Assembly (NCBI GenBank): GCA_964016885.1
Contig: OZ024754.1
Location: 24,428,001 to 24,492,000, forward strand
Source: Eledone cirrhosa
Lineage: Eukaryota
DNA length: 64,000 nt
Direction: 5' to 3'
Position numbers and translations under genes: made by a program. The number at the start of each line of letters is the position of its first letter. Position 1 is the stretch's first letter. Positions 1-13,757 of the stretch are shown piece after piece. The notes below the pieces were generated by a model that saw only the letters and a list, made by a program, of their open reading frames with translations, had not been told where the DNA came from and searched no databases.

Positions 1-181
1 AAAAATGAAACGAAATTTCATTTCTCACTCTTAGTACGGCTGTTACTTAAATATAAGTATGTATACGTACAAACATACATGTATACAGACGTACAGTAGT
101 ATGTATATATATATATATATATATATATACATACATGCACACATATATATATGTACGTATGGATTCACCGAACATTTATTA
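1..181 (-). mobile_element. Partial copy of the ~430-nt HHR-bearing non-coding repeat (family of 5751-6210)
   Basis: Near-identical to 5758-5922 (tttctcactcttagtacggctg...accgaacatttatt). Confidence 0.8.
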
Positions 182-503
182 TATATATATATATATATAA
201 TGAAAGCTCCCTTAATCTCTCGAAAAGTATTCGGGTTGGATTGCTTTCTACAGTTGAAAACTGGTGTCAACTTTACATAGCTAACATGATTTAATTCTAG
301 GTAAAGAAGTGGTTTGTTGATATTTTTATTCGATCATTTATCGATCTTATGATAAAATATCTACTTACATATAGAACATAAAAACATAACAGCGAGAACT
401 ATTATCGCAGCAATCAACCAGAATACACACACAAACACAAACACACACATACACCCGCGCGCGTACACACACACACACACATATATATATATGTATATGT
501 TCT

Positions 504-553
504 TGTCTGATGACCTCGTAGTTGAAACTCCACAGTAACACGACAGAGTAACA
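504..553 (+). ncRNA. Type I hammerhead ribozyme motif
   Basis: TGT-CTGATGA-(weak stem II)-GAAA-CTC...GAG-TA-ACA: stem I TGT/ACA, stem III ACTC/GAGT, GUA site. Confidence 0.6.
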
Positions 554-1141
554 GCCTTTATAAATACATATATACCTCTCAATAATATATATTATGGAGA
601 GGTATATATGTATTTAGCATTTTTCTGCATTATTTGTATTTATTCCAATATACACCGTAGATATTATATATTCAATAAACATGTGATTGATCAGCCAAGC
701 ACAAAATATCGCTGCAAGTCATCATTGCTTTAATCTTATTCTTCTTTTACGTAGATTTCAATATTATATTTGCTATGTTCAGCCCAAAATACCATTAACG
801 GTTTTACATTGGGAACAAAATAAAGTAAAATAAAATAAAATAAAATAGACAAAATAAAAGGAAAATATACACGTACACAAACAAGAAACACTTCCAATTT
901 TACAGGAGAGCGCTTGCTAATGATGCCTTCTCTTCAGTTTCTGCCAGATTCATCTGAAGGAGAGGGGACATAGAAGAGAAAAGGGGAAAAAGAGGACTAC
1001 TTGGGGGAAACTAAGAACAAAATAAGACTACATCAAAACGATCGGATTTCTCAAACACAATTTTAATAACACACATTATATGGACGAACCACCGTACACA
1101 ACATTACGCTTTTTCTCTTTCCCTTTGTCTCTCTCCCTTTC

Positions 1142-1267
<126 letters not shown>

Positions 1268-1647
1268 CAGACATGAACAAACATAGACAATGACAACAAG
1301 CACACATGGTAAACTAAATCATAGAAAACTATACAAATATCGTTGGATACTGTTCCCTTAAATAAATATTTGATGATAATATAATATTATATATTTGTCT
1401 TATCTGGTAAGCGCTGTTTGACATAAGGGAAGCTCTAACTAAGCTCCTAGCGTGCTAAAACCACAGCGCGGTTTCTGTTCAATTTAATTGCGCTATGAAA
1501 GCATGAACATCACAACATTGCAGGTATCAGCAATTTCTATCAAATTAAATGAAAATGTCTTTACTTTCGTAGTGTTCATGTGGAACAATTACCGTATCTA
1601 GGTGGAGCTGACAGCGTCTTATATGTTGATAGATTTTGACTAAATAT

Positions 1648-1800
1648 CCCAGTGTATTACTGGTACTTTATTTTATCGACCCCGTAAGGATGAAAGGCAA
1701 AGTTAACCTCGGTGGGATTTGAACTCAGATCGTAAAGGGCTGTAACTCTTTGCTTGCAAAGCATGGCGTCCGACCCTCTACCGATACTGCCAATCCACCA
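1648..1800 (-). mobile_element. tRNA-derived SINE family 1
   Basis: A/B-box-like head (tggcagtatcggtag...gagttcaaatccc) plus core gcctttcatccttacggggtcgataaaataaagtaccag; 13+ copies in window. Confidence 0.85.
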
Positions 1801-1802
1801 AT

Positions 1803-1950
1803 GGTTTCTAATGAGATCCCATGCTCAGCAACTTGCGATGAGAGGAAAGTCGATTATATCGATCCCAGTAATTGGCTGGTACTTTATTTTAACGACTCCA
1901 GAAGGTGAAAAGGCAAAGTTGACCTCAACGAGATTTGAACTCAGCACGTA
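1803..1950 (-). mobile_element. Diverged SINE family 1 copy
   Basis: ctggtactttatttt...aaaggcaaagttgacctc...tttgaactcag. Confidence 0.65.
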
Positions 1951-2167
1951 AAGAACAGAATTGTAGAGGGCAAACAAATAAAATAATGTCTAACAAAAAT
2001 TTCATTAGGAACAAAGCAAAATTATTTTGGTGAGAATTTCCATCTTCAACGTTTTAGACCTTCGAAATCTCATTTTCAGGATAAATTATTTTAATGATTT
2101 TAATTTTAAATAGTATATTATCTTTCTAAATGCTAAAATCGGTTGTTGATAAAATTGTTAATTTTCG

Positions 2168-2283
<116 letters not shown>

Positions 2284-2574
2284 AAATGAATGCGTATATA
2301 CGTACAAATGTTCTTTAAGTCGAAAGCAACCGTGGAAACATTCATGTAATTATTTTAATTCGCATAATCAGAAAAAAAAACAAAAAAAAACAGACAACAC
2401 TCCAAACAAATCTTTATCATTCTGAGGTGTGTCAAATGCAAGGAAAACTCTGGTTCATTGAGGAGGTTTATCGGAGATATATCCGGGTGAAGGGGGTTTA
2501 TTCGGGATTTCTTGGACATTGGGACACAAGAAAAACAGAGTTTTGTAGCTTGCTTGAAGCATTGTTGAATATTA

Positions 2575-3992
2575 AACACACATTTAAATAATTTCGAAAA
2601 CCCAACGATGCATTAGAAAGAAAATTAAATCGCTAAGATAACAAAAGAATCTTACCTTAGAAAATTTTACAATCCCATTATGGTATTGATAATGGGGTTT
2701 TAAATTGATAATGGGTTTTAAATTGATAATGGGTTTTAAAAACCCATTCTCAAGGGGGTAGCCCTATGAGAGACTTAAAAATGCTTGTTTGGAGAGCAGA
2801 TATAAGTTAAATGAAATGATAAGGCGTTAAAATTTCGAACGTGCGCGTTGTGAAATGTATATGTGTGTGCGTGAATGTAAGTGTGCTTAGTGGGTACATC
2901 TTCATCGAAATGGCTCGCATACGCAACCGATGCAGCGACGCTGCTAATAGGGCCAGCCATATCAGACGATTCCACAAGGTACTAGAAATTAACGGCTACC
3001 CAGCTTCCTTCTCCACCACACGACGAAACCCCAGACCCAGGGACCGGCCCACAGAAAACAGTTGCTTCTTCAAGATCCCACATCTCAGCAAGGAAACCAT
3101 TAACGCCATACGCAAAGCCATCAGAATAGAGGGCCTCAATATCAAACTAGTTCACTCTGGACCTTCCCTGCGAAGATACCTCTCCACAAGGCAACCACCA
3201 ATGAGGATAACGGATGCACCCTAGCCAATTGCCCTATCCGCAACACTAATTGTTGCCTACGTACCTACATAGTATACAAGCTAGAATGTAACAAGTGGAA
3301 TCTATCTTACATAGGCAGCACAATTCGACCGTTACATCTCTGTAAACACATCATCAAATGTGGAAACCGGGACAACATTACCACCACAATCTTAGCTACC
3401 GAATGCAGTATAGGCACGCTGAGAATTAAGGAAGCCCTCATAATTAAGCAATTAAAACCTAGGATCAATACTCGAATAGAAAGAAGTGCATCAGAATGGC
3501 TAATTTAAAAGCCAACAACCCAACGACCAGTTTCATTCTTTCTTTCAAACTAAACCTATGTCCTCACTAGGTAAACACACTTAGACTCACACACACGCAT
3601 ACATTTATTGCACACATATTTTCCTGTTTTATTATATACACATTCGCACACACGTTTCACTACATAAACTTACCTTCATGCATACACATACAAACATCGC
3701 ACTAAGCACACTTACATTCACGCACACACATATCATACATTTCACAACGCGCACGTTCGAAATTGTAACGTATTTTCATTTTATTTAACTTAAATCTGCT
3801 CTCCAAACAAGCAAGTCAACCTCGATCACTTTTTAAGTCTCTCATAGGGTTACTCCCTTGATAATGGGTTTTAGACCCGAAAATATTTGGGATCATTAAA
3901 TTTGCTACGGTAAGATTCTTTTGTTATCTTGGCGATTTAATTTTCTTTCTATTGCATTGTTTGGTTTTCAAAATTATTTAAATTTGTGTTTC
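2575..3992 (+). mobile_element. 5'-truncated Penelope-like element with inverted pseudo-LTRs
   Basis: ORF remnant 2885-3510 (LEINGYPASF, then VYKLEC..YIGSTIRPL GIY-YIG); 2575-2870 is an inverted copy of 3740-3992. Confidence 0.85.
3854..3892 (+). ncRNA. Minimal HHR, U3-A8 core variant
   Basis: TCCC-TTGATAA-T-GGGT tttag ACCC-GAAA-ATAT-TT-GGGA inside the PLE pLTR. Confidence 0.75.
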
Positions 3993-4019
3993 ATACCCCC
4001 CCCCCCCCCCCCCATTTTG

Positions 4020-4925
4020 AATTTGAAGACCAATTATGGACTCGTAATAAAATACCTAACAATTTTTATATCACTATGGGATCTAGTGATTCTGCACAGG
4101 TCACTGATTTAGTTGATTTAATATTTTAAACGAAATACTTAAAATGTTACCAAATGGATTATATCGTGCTGATGCCTTATTCATTTTAGATAATAAAAAA
4201 TATAATATTGAAAGAACTAGGAAAGAACTACATAAATTCTTCAAAAGTTTTAACCTAAGTATTACTTTGGATAAGAACACCAACACTGTTAATTTCCTTG
4301 ACGTTACCCTATGCTTAGATACGAAAACCTTTACCCCTTGCCATAAACCCAATGAAAAACCTTTTTACGTTGATACTAATTCTAAACACCCTAAATCTGT
4401 CTTAAATTCCACGCTAAGATGGATGATTTGTTCTCTTGCTGGCATATAACTTTGTCTCTTGTATTCAACTATGTGGTGCTTTAGATGATGTGTCTTGAGT
4501 GCCTAATTGATAATACTTCCATCTATATTGGATTTTTTACTTTACTGATTGTATTTATTTATTTTTAAATTTATATTTGAATTGCATGCTTTCTCTTATT
4601 AACTTTATTAACTACCTATGGATTATGTTTTTCACTGTACTTAATTTATCTGCAACAGCATGTTTTTTTATTTTTATTTTTATTGCTTTTATCTGCTCCT
4701 ATTCTTCATATGCTTTTCCGCCCCTGTTACCTTATATAAATGTTGATACTTATGCTTATCTAGCCTCCCATATGTATCCTCCTAATGTTCTTGTGACAAA
4801 GTTTTGATATTATATTTGTGTTTGACCTTTGTTATCAACTCCGATGAAATCGGCCTTGTGCTAGGATGAAACGATCGTCAATGATTACATATTTGAAAGT
4901 TTAAACACTCTTTGATTGTCGTTTA
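4020..4925 (+). mobile_element. Penelope-like RT fragment plus pLTR
   Basis: GLYRADAL...VNFLDVTL...HKPNEKPFYVDTNSKHP; AT-rich 3' region homologous to 14050-14345. Confidence 0.75.
4838..4882 (+). ncRNA. Minimal HHR, CCGATGA core (partly decayed)
   Basis: CCGATGA...GGAT-GAAA-CGATCG-TC; paralog of 14270-14314. Confidence 0.55.
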
Positions 4926-5044
4926 CATTGTATTTTGGCTCTGTAGTATACTTGTTATTTTACATCGAGCTATTTTCATACTTGTAACTGGGTAATATTT
5001 ATTATTACCCACATTATATATATATTTATACATAGCTATATTTT

Positions 5045-5186
<142 letters not shown>

Positions 5187-5468
5187 CGTGCGTGTGTGTG
5201 TGTCTGTGTGTCTGTGTGTCTGTGTGTATGTATGTCCGTGTGGGAGGGAGAGTAGGTTTTTATGTCTGCGATTAAATACGGACTTGATATTTGAGTTAGA
5301 CGGTAAAATTGCCATCCAAACATAACAATTGTGAAGCAAGAATGTAGATAGATATGAAGGTAGGTGAAAAGGTAAGTAAATTGCTAGACAGTAACATACT
5401 TAGTGAAATTATTACATAGGAGGCTATGAAATGGAATATATGCTCACAACATTCAGTCACATAGATGA

Positions 5469-5567
<99 letters not shown>

Positions 5568-5592
5568 CGGATGAAATGTTTTGAAAGCGCAA

Positions 5593-5686
5593 AACATATC
5601 TGAGGAACTTGCGAATGCAGAGTCAGGTTCGATCTGTAACAGATCCTGCCTTGAGCTGATCGTCGGAGAAACATATGTAATATGTT
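5593..5686 (+). ncRNA. Type I HHR with ~60-nt stem II insertion
   Basis: AACATAT-CTGAGGA-...-GAAA-CATATG-TA-ATATGTT: 7-bp stem I, palindromic stem III. Confidence 0.7.
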
Positions 5687-5750
5687 AATAAATTGTGTTT
5701 TGATGCACCACTGATTCCTCGTTATCTATAATATATATATATATATATAT

Positions 5751-6210
5751 AAATGGAAAAAATGAAATTTCCTTTCTCACTCTTAGTACGGCTGATACTT
5801 AAATATAAGTATGTATACGTACATACATATATGTATACAGACGTACAGTAATATGTATATACATACATACATGCACACATATATATATATATATGTACGT
5901 ATGGGTTTACCGAACATTTATTATAATGTTCGGTTTGTTTGTAAAGAAACAGCCCGAATTAAGCTGTACAGTGTTCAGCAACCATCGTTGCCCTTTTGTT
6001 CAACACTGACAAAGGAACGATGAACTAGTTTCTAGCTTATTAGCTGTCATCAGCACCGTATACCTTCCTGTCAGTCGATTGAACGTTTGAAAGTATATAC
6101 TTTCCTTATGCATATTAACGGCTGAGCAGCCTAATTTACATATCGAGTGAGTTAGTCGGCCGGGCGTACCGAAAACGATAAATGGAAAAAATGAAATTTA
6201 GCCTCTCTCA
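5751..6210 (-). mobile_element. Retrozyme-like non-coding monomer (~430 nt) with terminal direct repeat
   Basis: aaatggaaaaaatgaaattt at 5751 and 6181; internal HHR; copies at 1-181 and 56395-56745. Confidence 0.7.
6017..6059 (-). ncRNA. Minimal type I HHR
   Basis: Reverse complement: ACGGTG-CTGATGA-C-AGCT aata AGCT-A-GAAA-CTAG-TT-CATCGT. Confidence 0.8.
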
Positions 6211-9200
6211 GTAGCCCATCTCCTTTATCGTGGCAATCCTCTTGGTGTAGCTTCGTTGGATTGCCTCAGCCTCCGTGGTTAGTTTGATACTATGGGGTGA
6301 CCACAGCTGGGAGCAGTAGTTCAGGCGACTTAGGACAAATGTCCTCCATAGTATCAACATGGTCTCTCGGTCTCTTGTCTGGAAAGTCCTCAAGATCCAG
6401 CCAGCAAGTCGCCTGCACATTGTCACCATCCCTCATGGTGTGTGAAGAAAAAGATGCATCATCGCTCATGTCTATCCCCAGGTCTCGTATCGATTTCGAC
6501 ACGGGGATTCCGATCACTCCTGGTCCGGTGTAGTTGTGTTGTATTGTCTTTGTGTTTGCAGGTTGGTATTGTAGGGCTTGCAATTTTCAGCATTAAACTG
6601 CATGTTGTTGTCCTCAGCCCATTTGTATATGGCATCCAGATCTTGTTGTAAAAAGGGCAGCATCAGCCGGGATTTTGATTGCCTATGCTACCTTTGTGTC
6701 ATCAGCATAGCTAGTGAAGGATGTTGTATGTACTACAGAGGGCATGTCTGAGAGAGCCACCGAAGACAGTAGTGGTCCCAAGACTGTGCCCTGAGGCACC
6801 CCACGTGTTATTGATGTTTCTTTGAGAGGACCCCATTGGCTGCAACTGTCTGGCTTCTGTCTTTTAAGAAGTCATGCAGCCACTCACTTACTTTTCCAGT
6901 TATGTCGAGTCTGTGTAGTTTGTGATATATCATTCCGTGGTCGACCTTATCAAAGGCATTCGCAAAGTCAAGATATATCACGTCCACATGTGCGCTGTCT
7001 AGCAGTTGCTTCATTACCCAGTCGCAGTGTTGTAGCAGCTGTGTAAGGCAGCTTCTTCCTGGGCGAAAGCCATGCTGCGTGCTAGTCAGGCGGTCATTTT
7101 CCTCGAGGAGCGTAATCAGTTTCTTTCTTATCATTCGCTCCATGACCTTACTGATATGTGACATCAGGGTGACTGGCCCGTAGTTTTTGGCCTCCTTTCT
7201 GCTTCCTCCTTTATGGATAAAGCCTTCTTTCAGCTCTCTGGGCAGTTTACCGCTAGCCAAAGAACTTCCGAAGAGGATTTTCAGTGGTGTTGCTAAGGCA
7301 CGCTTACACGTTTTTAGGACTGCTGGGAATCCATCAGGTCCAGCAGCTGAGTTTGTTCTAATTTCGTCTATGGCGGATATCACATCTTCCTCCGTTATGT
7401 CTATGTGGTTAATGGTCGCCATTTCTTCGTAGAGTGTTGTGGAATCAAAGAAATCCCCTGGCTTTGTTATTTGCATGTGCCTCAATGGGGTATGAACACA
7501 CTTCTGTACTGCTCATTCAGTATTTCACTTATCCCTTGAGGATCCTCGGTTAATGAACCATCTTTATGAAAGAGTGGCCGAATCTTGCAATGTACCGAGG
7601 CAGTTTCTTGTGCAAATTTAAAGAAGGCTTTAGGGCTTGTTTTAATATTTTCTATGGCCCTGGTTTTTCTCTCTGCTCTCTCTTTCTCATAGGAAATTTT
7701 GAGTGCAGTTTCAATTTCAAGTAGTGCACGTTTCAGATAGGGTTCCTTCTTGTTTTTCTGTTGTGCATTTAACTAGTTTGCGAGCTTAGTTCTTCGACTC
7801 ATAAGGATTTTCCTGTCTCTGAGAATAAGATTTTTGTGTCCGTTGGCCTTTTTCTCCGGGAAAGAATTATCGCATATAGTTTGTATTGTTGTCATGTCTT
7901 GTGTGATGATATCGGCGCTCCAGTTTTGCTTCCGAATCTCTTTCTTGATCTTTTCCAGTTACCCTTGTGAAAGTTTAGGCTGGATAAATTCCCGGTGCTT
8001 CTTAATGGTTGCGTCTCTGCTGACTTTCATATATCATTATACATCATATGACCACATATCATTAGTTCTACTAAGTTATGATCCGAGAAAATCGTTGGTG
8101 TCACTTTTAAATTGTAGATGAGCACTGCGTTGTTTGTAAAGTAGAGATCTAGGAATTCTCGCCTCTTGTTGGGAAGAGTACTGCTTGTTCCATGAAAAGC
8201 CCGCGTGTGAGAGCCAGCAGGATCTCCGTCTGTCGTTATTCGAGTGATGCCATTCGAGGGAGGAGGCAGCCCTCAGGTCATTTGACCTTTGGTGGGTTAA
8301 AGTCTCCCAGCAGCAGAACGTTGAGACGCTGGTCCAGTTTGTCAAGGGCGTCTTCCATCCTTCTGAGGCTACCCTGAAACTTACCTTCAAGTGGCCGATA
8401 TGTGACACATATCACCATTTTCAGTTGCTTCATATGTGTCAATTGGTGTGACATCTTCATGGATGTACAGGGCACCCCCACCATGAGTTTTCTCCTTCCT
8501 GTCCGAACGAAATACAGTATATTTTGGTATATGTATTTCCGCATCTGTTATACTGCTTGTCAGGTGCGTTTCGGTTAGTGCCATGCATAATGCTTGATTG
8601 CTTATGGCTAAGTCTCTCAAGTAGAAAATTTTACTCATGTTAGTGAGTTTCACCAGGCCTCTGACATTCAATAGCAGCACTGGTGTGACATTTTGGGTGT
8701 CAGCAATGGCTGACGGTGTGGCACCTGGCCTGATGTCAGCGGCGGCTACCCTGGGTCCCTTGATTGTGGTGGTCTCGAGTGCTCTTGTGAGTGACCCTAG
8801 CTCTGAAAACGATGCAGTCAGGTCAGTTGTCCCACAATCATCTCCGCCATTTCTAAAAATTCTTTTGCCCCACTGCCGCCATCTGTATTTCATCTGCATA
8901 TGCGGGCCTTCTCCTCTTTGTTGGGGCGACACCCACGACATCAGCATACTTCTGGGGCAGCTTGTATCGGTTCTGGTTTTGGCTGGGGCAATTTGGGTGA
9001 GTACGTGGGGCGTAGCTCACCGGAGGCCTGGGGTGAGCGAATCTACAGCCTGTCCCTGTTTCTTCATGCCAGCAGGACCCGTTCCTGAAGAACTTGTACG
9101 TTACCTGGGTTTTCTTTCTCCCATTTTCTCGGCGCCTTCTCTTCTTCCCCTGGACAATTGTCCACTGGTCCCTTTCTGCTTGGATACTTTCTTTCAAATG

Positions 9201-9525
9201 GTGATTCATCGTTTCATCTTTACCACTTACCTGTTGTTCGCCCGGCCTGCCTTCTCTTACTATAGCGGTGGGTATCTCATCTGTGGTTGTTTTCAGATCC
9301 TTCTGTGTCTCCGTAGACCTGTTGTGGTCAGTGTTTATATTTTCTTCCTTTTCTTTTTCTCTGCCTTCTTCCTCCTTTGGAACACAGCTTAGCAACGCCA
9401 TGTGTGGCGCTATGAGGGCATAGGCCCTCCCAATTTCTCTCCTTTTCCTCTCTATTTGTGCCAAAGTCCTCAGAAAGCCATGGCTCTTCAAGGTCTCCGC
9501 AATTATTTTGGTTGTCCATTTCGCT
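6208..9525 (-). mobile_element. Decayed CR1/Jockey-group LINE (ORF1, APE endonuclease, RT)
   Basis: APE motifs LLNVRGL, LTETHL, RSDR..GGG, LLGDFN; RT motifs QHGFRPGRSC, YLDFANAFDKVDH, GVPQG, YADD, LNYCSQLWSP; many frameshifts. Confidence 0.9.
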
Positions 9526-9561
<36 letters not shown>

Positions 9562-9584
9562 GGAAGTGTAGGGAGAAGGTTAAA

Positions 9585-9637
<53 letters not shown>

Positions 9638-9955
9638 AGGGAGAGAGAAAGAGGGGGGGGGGAGAAAGAGAGGGGAGCGAGAAGAGTGAGACAGCGTGTA
9701 TGAAAACCAGCAACAGAGAGAGAGGGTTATGCTTAGTGACTTGAACAAACAAACGTTAATTATAATTATTAGTGTTTCTTTAAATATTATTCGAGGCACT
9801 TCAAAAAAAAAAAAAGAACACGTGTTCATGAGAAAAATAAATATGAATAAATAAAAATAAAATGAAATGAATGAAAATAAAAATAAAATGAGATAAAATA
9901 AAATAAAATTGCGCGGATTCAAATAAATAGATAAATATTATGATTTTAACGATTA

Positions 9956-10918
9956 CTTGCAGAGGTACCCGGCGTTGCTCGGGTATTAAATAGCAGTTAT
10001 GTATACCATTTATGTCAATACTTCAGTGCTGCTTCGAAAACTATACTTTTACAAAATCATCGGCTTTTTCCAAAAGGGGGTTCCTGCCCCCAGGGATCCC
10101 CTACTCAATATGTGCCAATTCTGAGAGTTCACATTCATCTGTAGAACAAACGTAGCCCATGTGTCAAGTTTTGTGAAAATCGGTTGCGAACTCCAGAAGT
10201 TATGACGTTTTGTTGCATTGCACTGCAGTGCTTCAGTCGACTCCAAGTAAGTGGCTAAAGAGGGTTGTCTGCCGAGAGGCCCTATAATCAATATCTGGAA
10301 AAATGAAAGTGCCCATGACCATCCGGAGTACATAAGTAACCTATGTCTTAAGTTTGGTGAAAATACTGTGGAAATGCATAAGGTTTACACACACACGCGC
10401 GCGCGTGCGTGCGTGCGTGCGTCTGTGCGTATGTGTGTTTGTGTGTGTGTGTATATTTGTGTGTGCGTATGTATATGTATGTGTATGTCCGTCGGCGTAT
10501 ACGTATGTACTGTCCTAAATCTTCACTATTTACTTTTACTATTTTAATAACCTCTGTCATTTTCGTTTTCAATTTTATTTACATCATTCTTAAACTCCAG
10601 GGCTAGAAATCATTCAGTTATTTTAAATAGAATATTAGTCTAACGATTCCATTTATACCATAAACTTGGTCTTGTCTTTGCATGAAATTGTTCTTTCCGC
10701 TCCACATAACGACGTATTATCCTCGCTTTTTCCCGTTCATTACCAGGGAACGTCTTCACGAATCAAAGTATCGTCTTCCTGTTTTCCTTCGGTCGAAACG
10801 TTTCTCGAAATATTTACTTCTGCGTTCACAGATTAAATTTTTTAGTTTCAGAAGATCCCGTTAATGTTGAAAGCAGCGATTCTTTGCTTAAACTTTAATC
10901 TGTTCTTATAACAAATCT

Positions 10919-11011
<93 letters not shown>

Positions 11012-11275
11012 AGAGATGCTTTGACCAGCAGTACGTTGATCGGTATTATTACGAAAAGGTGTAGCAGAGAATCCCGCGTGAACTACAGCTCGGGAGGAAA
11101 CTGCTTATCTCGAACATTCATTCGCCATCGTTCTTGTCAACGCTCCGTTTACTTGGTATTTGTTGGTCTACAGTTAGATGAATGGCGCACAAAGGGTTAA
11201 TGTTTATTGGCAAGAAGTTTTTTGAATAATAAAAGACGGGTTAAAGCGACCTACAATGTATCTGTGTGTAGATAC

Positions 11276-11307
<32 letters not shown>

Positions 11308-11393
11308 ATGTATGTATGTATATATATATATGTGTGTGTATGTATGTATATATATATGTGTATGTATGTATGTATGTATGTATATATATACAG

Positions 11394-11426
<33 letters not shown>

Positions 11427-11565
11427 ATATACATATATTTTTATGTGTATATTTATATATGTGTATATGTGTTTGTATATGTATATATATATATATGTAT
11501 ATGTGTATATATGTGTGTGTATATGTATATATGTGTATATATATATATGTATATATACGTATATA

Positions 11566-11607
<42 letters not shown>

Positions 11608-11877
11608 TAGCGAAGCTAATACGTCAGCGATGTCGTTATGCAGACAGCCAGACATACAGACAGATATTATAAGGGCTCGACGGAGATCGATAACCGGCGC
11701 CGAACACCCCTTTAACAACAGAAAATTGAAAAATAAAAGCCGCAGTTAGTATCTTTAGACCGCAAGGAATATATAAATGCAAGTTTGAAGTCAATCGGAG
11801 TAGAAATGTAGATTTGTATAGACTTTGCAAAAATGAGGACACACACACACAGACACCAACAGTTTTATATATAGAGA
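9956..11877 (-). mobile_element. Non-autonomous Helitron-type element (possibly two partial copies with nested insertions)
   Basis: Subterminal hairpin cccggcgttgctcggg at 9968, shared with 53073; minus-strand 5' TC at 11877 and 3' CAAG at 9956. Confidence 0.5.
10844..10894 (+). ncRNA. HHR-like motif, CAGAAGA core family
   Basis: AGTTT-CAGAAGA-TCCC gttaa...-GAAA-GCA...TGC-TT-AAACT; stem II mutated in this copy. Confidence 0.55.
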
Positions 11878-12330
11878 TTACTGTGAGTTTTAAATATTAG
11901 GAGCCAGTAATAGACAAGCGAGTCGGTTTGTTTACAATATACTTTTAATGGATGCTAAATAAATTCAAATTATATATCGGGTAACATACATATATTGTAT
12001 ATATTAATAATAATTATAATAATATCAATAAATAAAAACAAGAAACAATAGACATATAACAAATTACTCACTAAATTACTTAACTAAATTTTTGTATTCT
12101 TTTACGAGAGACAACAGGTGTCTCATCGAAAAGATAAGTAAAAATATCAAAGAAGCCAAAATAACTCTTTTAAAACGAAAAATAATAAAAATAATCACAC
12201 AGAAAAATAAATACTTATCTTTTACAGGGAATGTTGGTTAAAATAGAAGTACTCAAACAATTTCCGTGATGTATTTGGATGAAAAACAGAGCAGAAGAAA
12301 AACACATCAAGCGTCCAAGCAATCCAGCCG

Positions 12331-12431
<101 letters not shown>

Positions 12432-12779
12432 ATTTAATTATGTAATAAACAACACAATATAATTATTCCATTACACTTATATTAACACACTTTTGCTCAT
12501 AGCTTCGTACTTACATGCACACACACTCTTTTACTCACATATACACACATATTTCTTCTTAGCTTCGTACGGACTTATAATAACACACACACACACAAAC
12601 ACATGCTTACGCACGTGCTCAAGTATAGCTCTTTTTACAAAGCGTTTTTTTTTCCCCATTTCAGGTAGACGTGCTCCATCATCTACTTTTCTAAAAAAAT
12701 AAGTCATACACAAAACGCCAGCATCATCAGTTTTGCAAGAGTTGTCAACATGAATGAACCTGTTATTTTTATCTAAAGA

Positions 12780-12960
12780 GATTTTTTTCCAATTCCATCC
12801 CGCCCGTCCCCTCAATCTATTTTATTTCTCATTCTTTCTTCTGATGAAGGACTAGCGTCCGAAACGTTAAGACCCTCTCCTTGCTATATCAAGCGTTAAC
12901 CTAACATATACCTTCCATATACTGTACTGATTGTGTTGTTATTTCTGTTTATCTTTTACA
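12780..12960 (+). mobile_element. Solo pLTR-like unit with HHR
   Basis: Near-identical to 46682-46860; tail fragments at 29115-29175 and 46436-46525 (-). Confidence 0.75.
12837..12872 (+). ncRNA. Minimal type I HHR
   Basis: TCTT-CTGATGA-A-GGAC tagc GTCC-GAAA-CG-TT-AAGA. Confidence 0.85.
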
Positions 12961-13449
12961 TATATATATATATACATATTCATTTTATTAAGGCTATATA
13001 GTGAGTCTTGTATACTCCGGAGTTTCGCCTGTTTATCACAGGGTCATCATACACACACACGCACACACGCACACACACACATACGCACACACACACACAC
13101 ACATACATATATATATGACTTTTTGTTCTTCTTGTAAAGAGAAAGACAAAAAAATTGGTATATACACGTTTCACAGATTATTGACCATTGACAAGATGAC
13201 AACCATCCTTACACTTCTCTTTGTGGAGAGGATTTTATACAAGCCGTTTATCTTTAACAGATGCAATGAAGAACTTAAGTGAAATGGTTAAACCAATGTT
13301 GACTATGTGCATTCTTTTGGCACATATATCTGTAGGTAACAACCTTTACTTCCAACAGGTTTTATTTGAAACATGGATGTACACCATGTTGTTCATGTTT
13401 ATTAAAGATTTCTTATATCTACATATTTGTATTTATTCTGGAACAATAA

Positions 13450-13672
13450 TGGTTTCTTATATAGGCACAGCACAAGGCCAGCAATTTTGGTGGAGGGGAA
13501 AGTCGATTCAATCGACCCCAGTGCATGACTGGTACTTTATTTTATCGACCCCGTAAGGATGAAAGGCAAAGTTAACCTCGGCGGGATTTGAACTCAGATC
13601 ATAAAGGACCGTAACGCTATGCTGCAAAACATGGCGTCCGACCCTCTACAGATAGTGCCAATCCACCGCCCT
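13450..13672 (-). mobile_element. SINE family 1
   Basis: Full-length match to the family core and head. Confidence 0.85.
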
Positions 13673-13757
13673 TAAAGGTTTGATTAATAATAATAACACT
13701 TCAACCTATATTTGATCTTTATTTTGCTGAGTATACTTATTCAACATTATTACCTTT

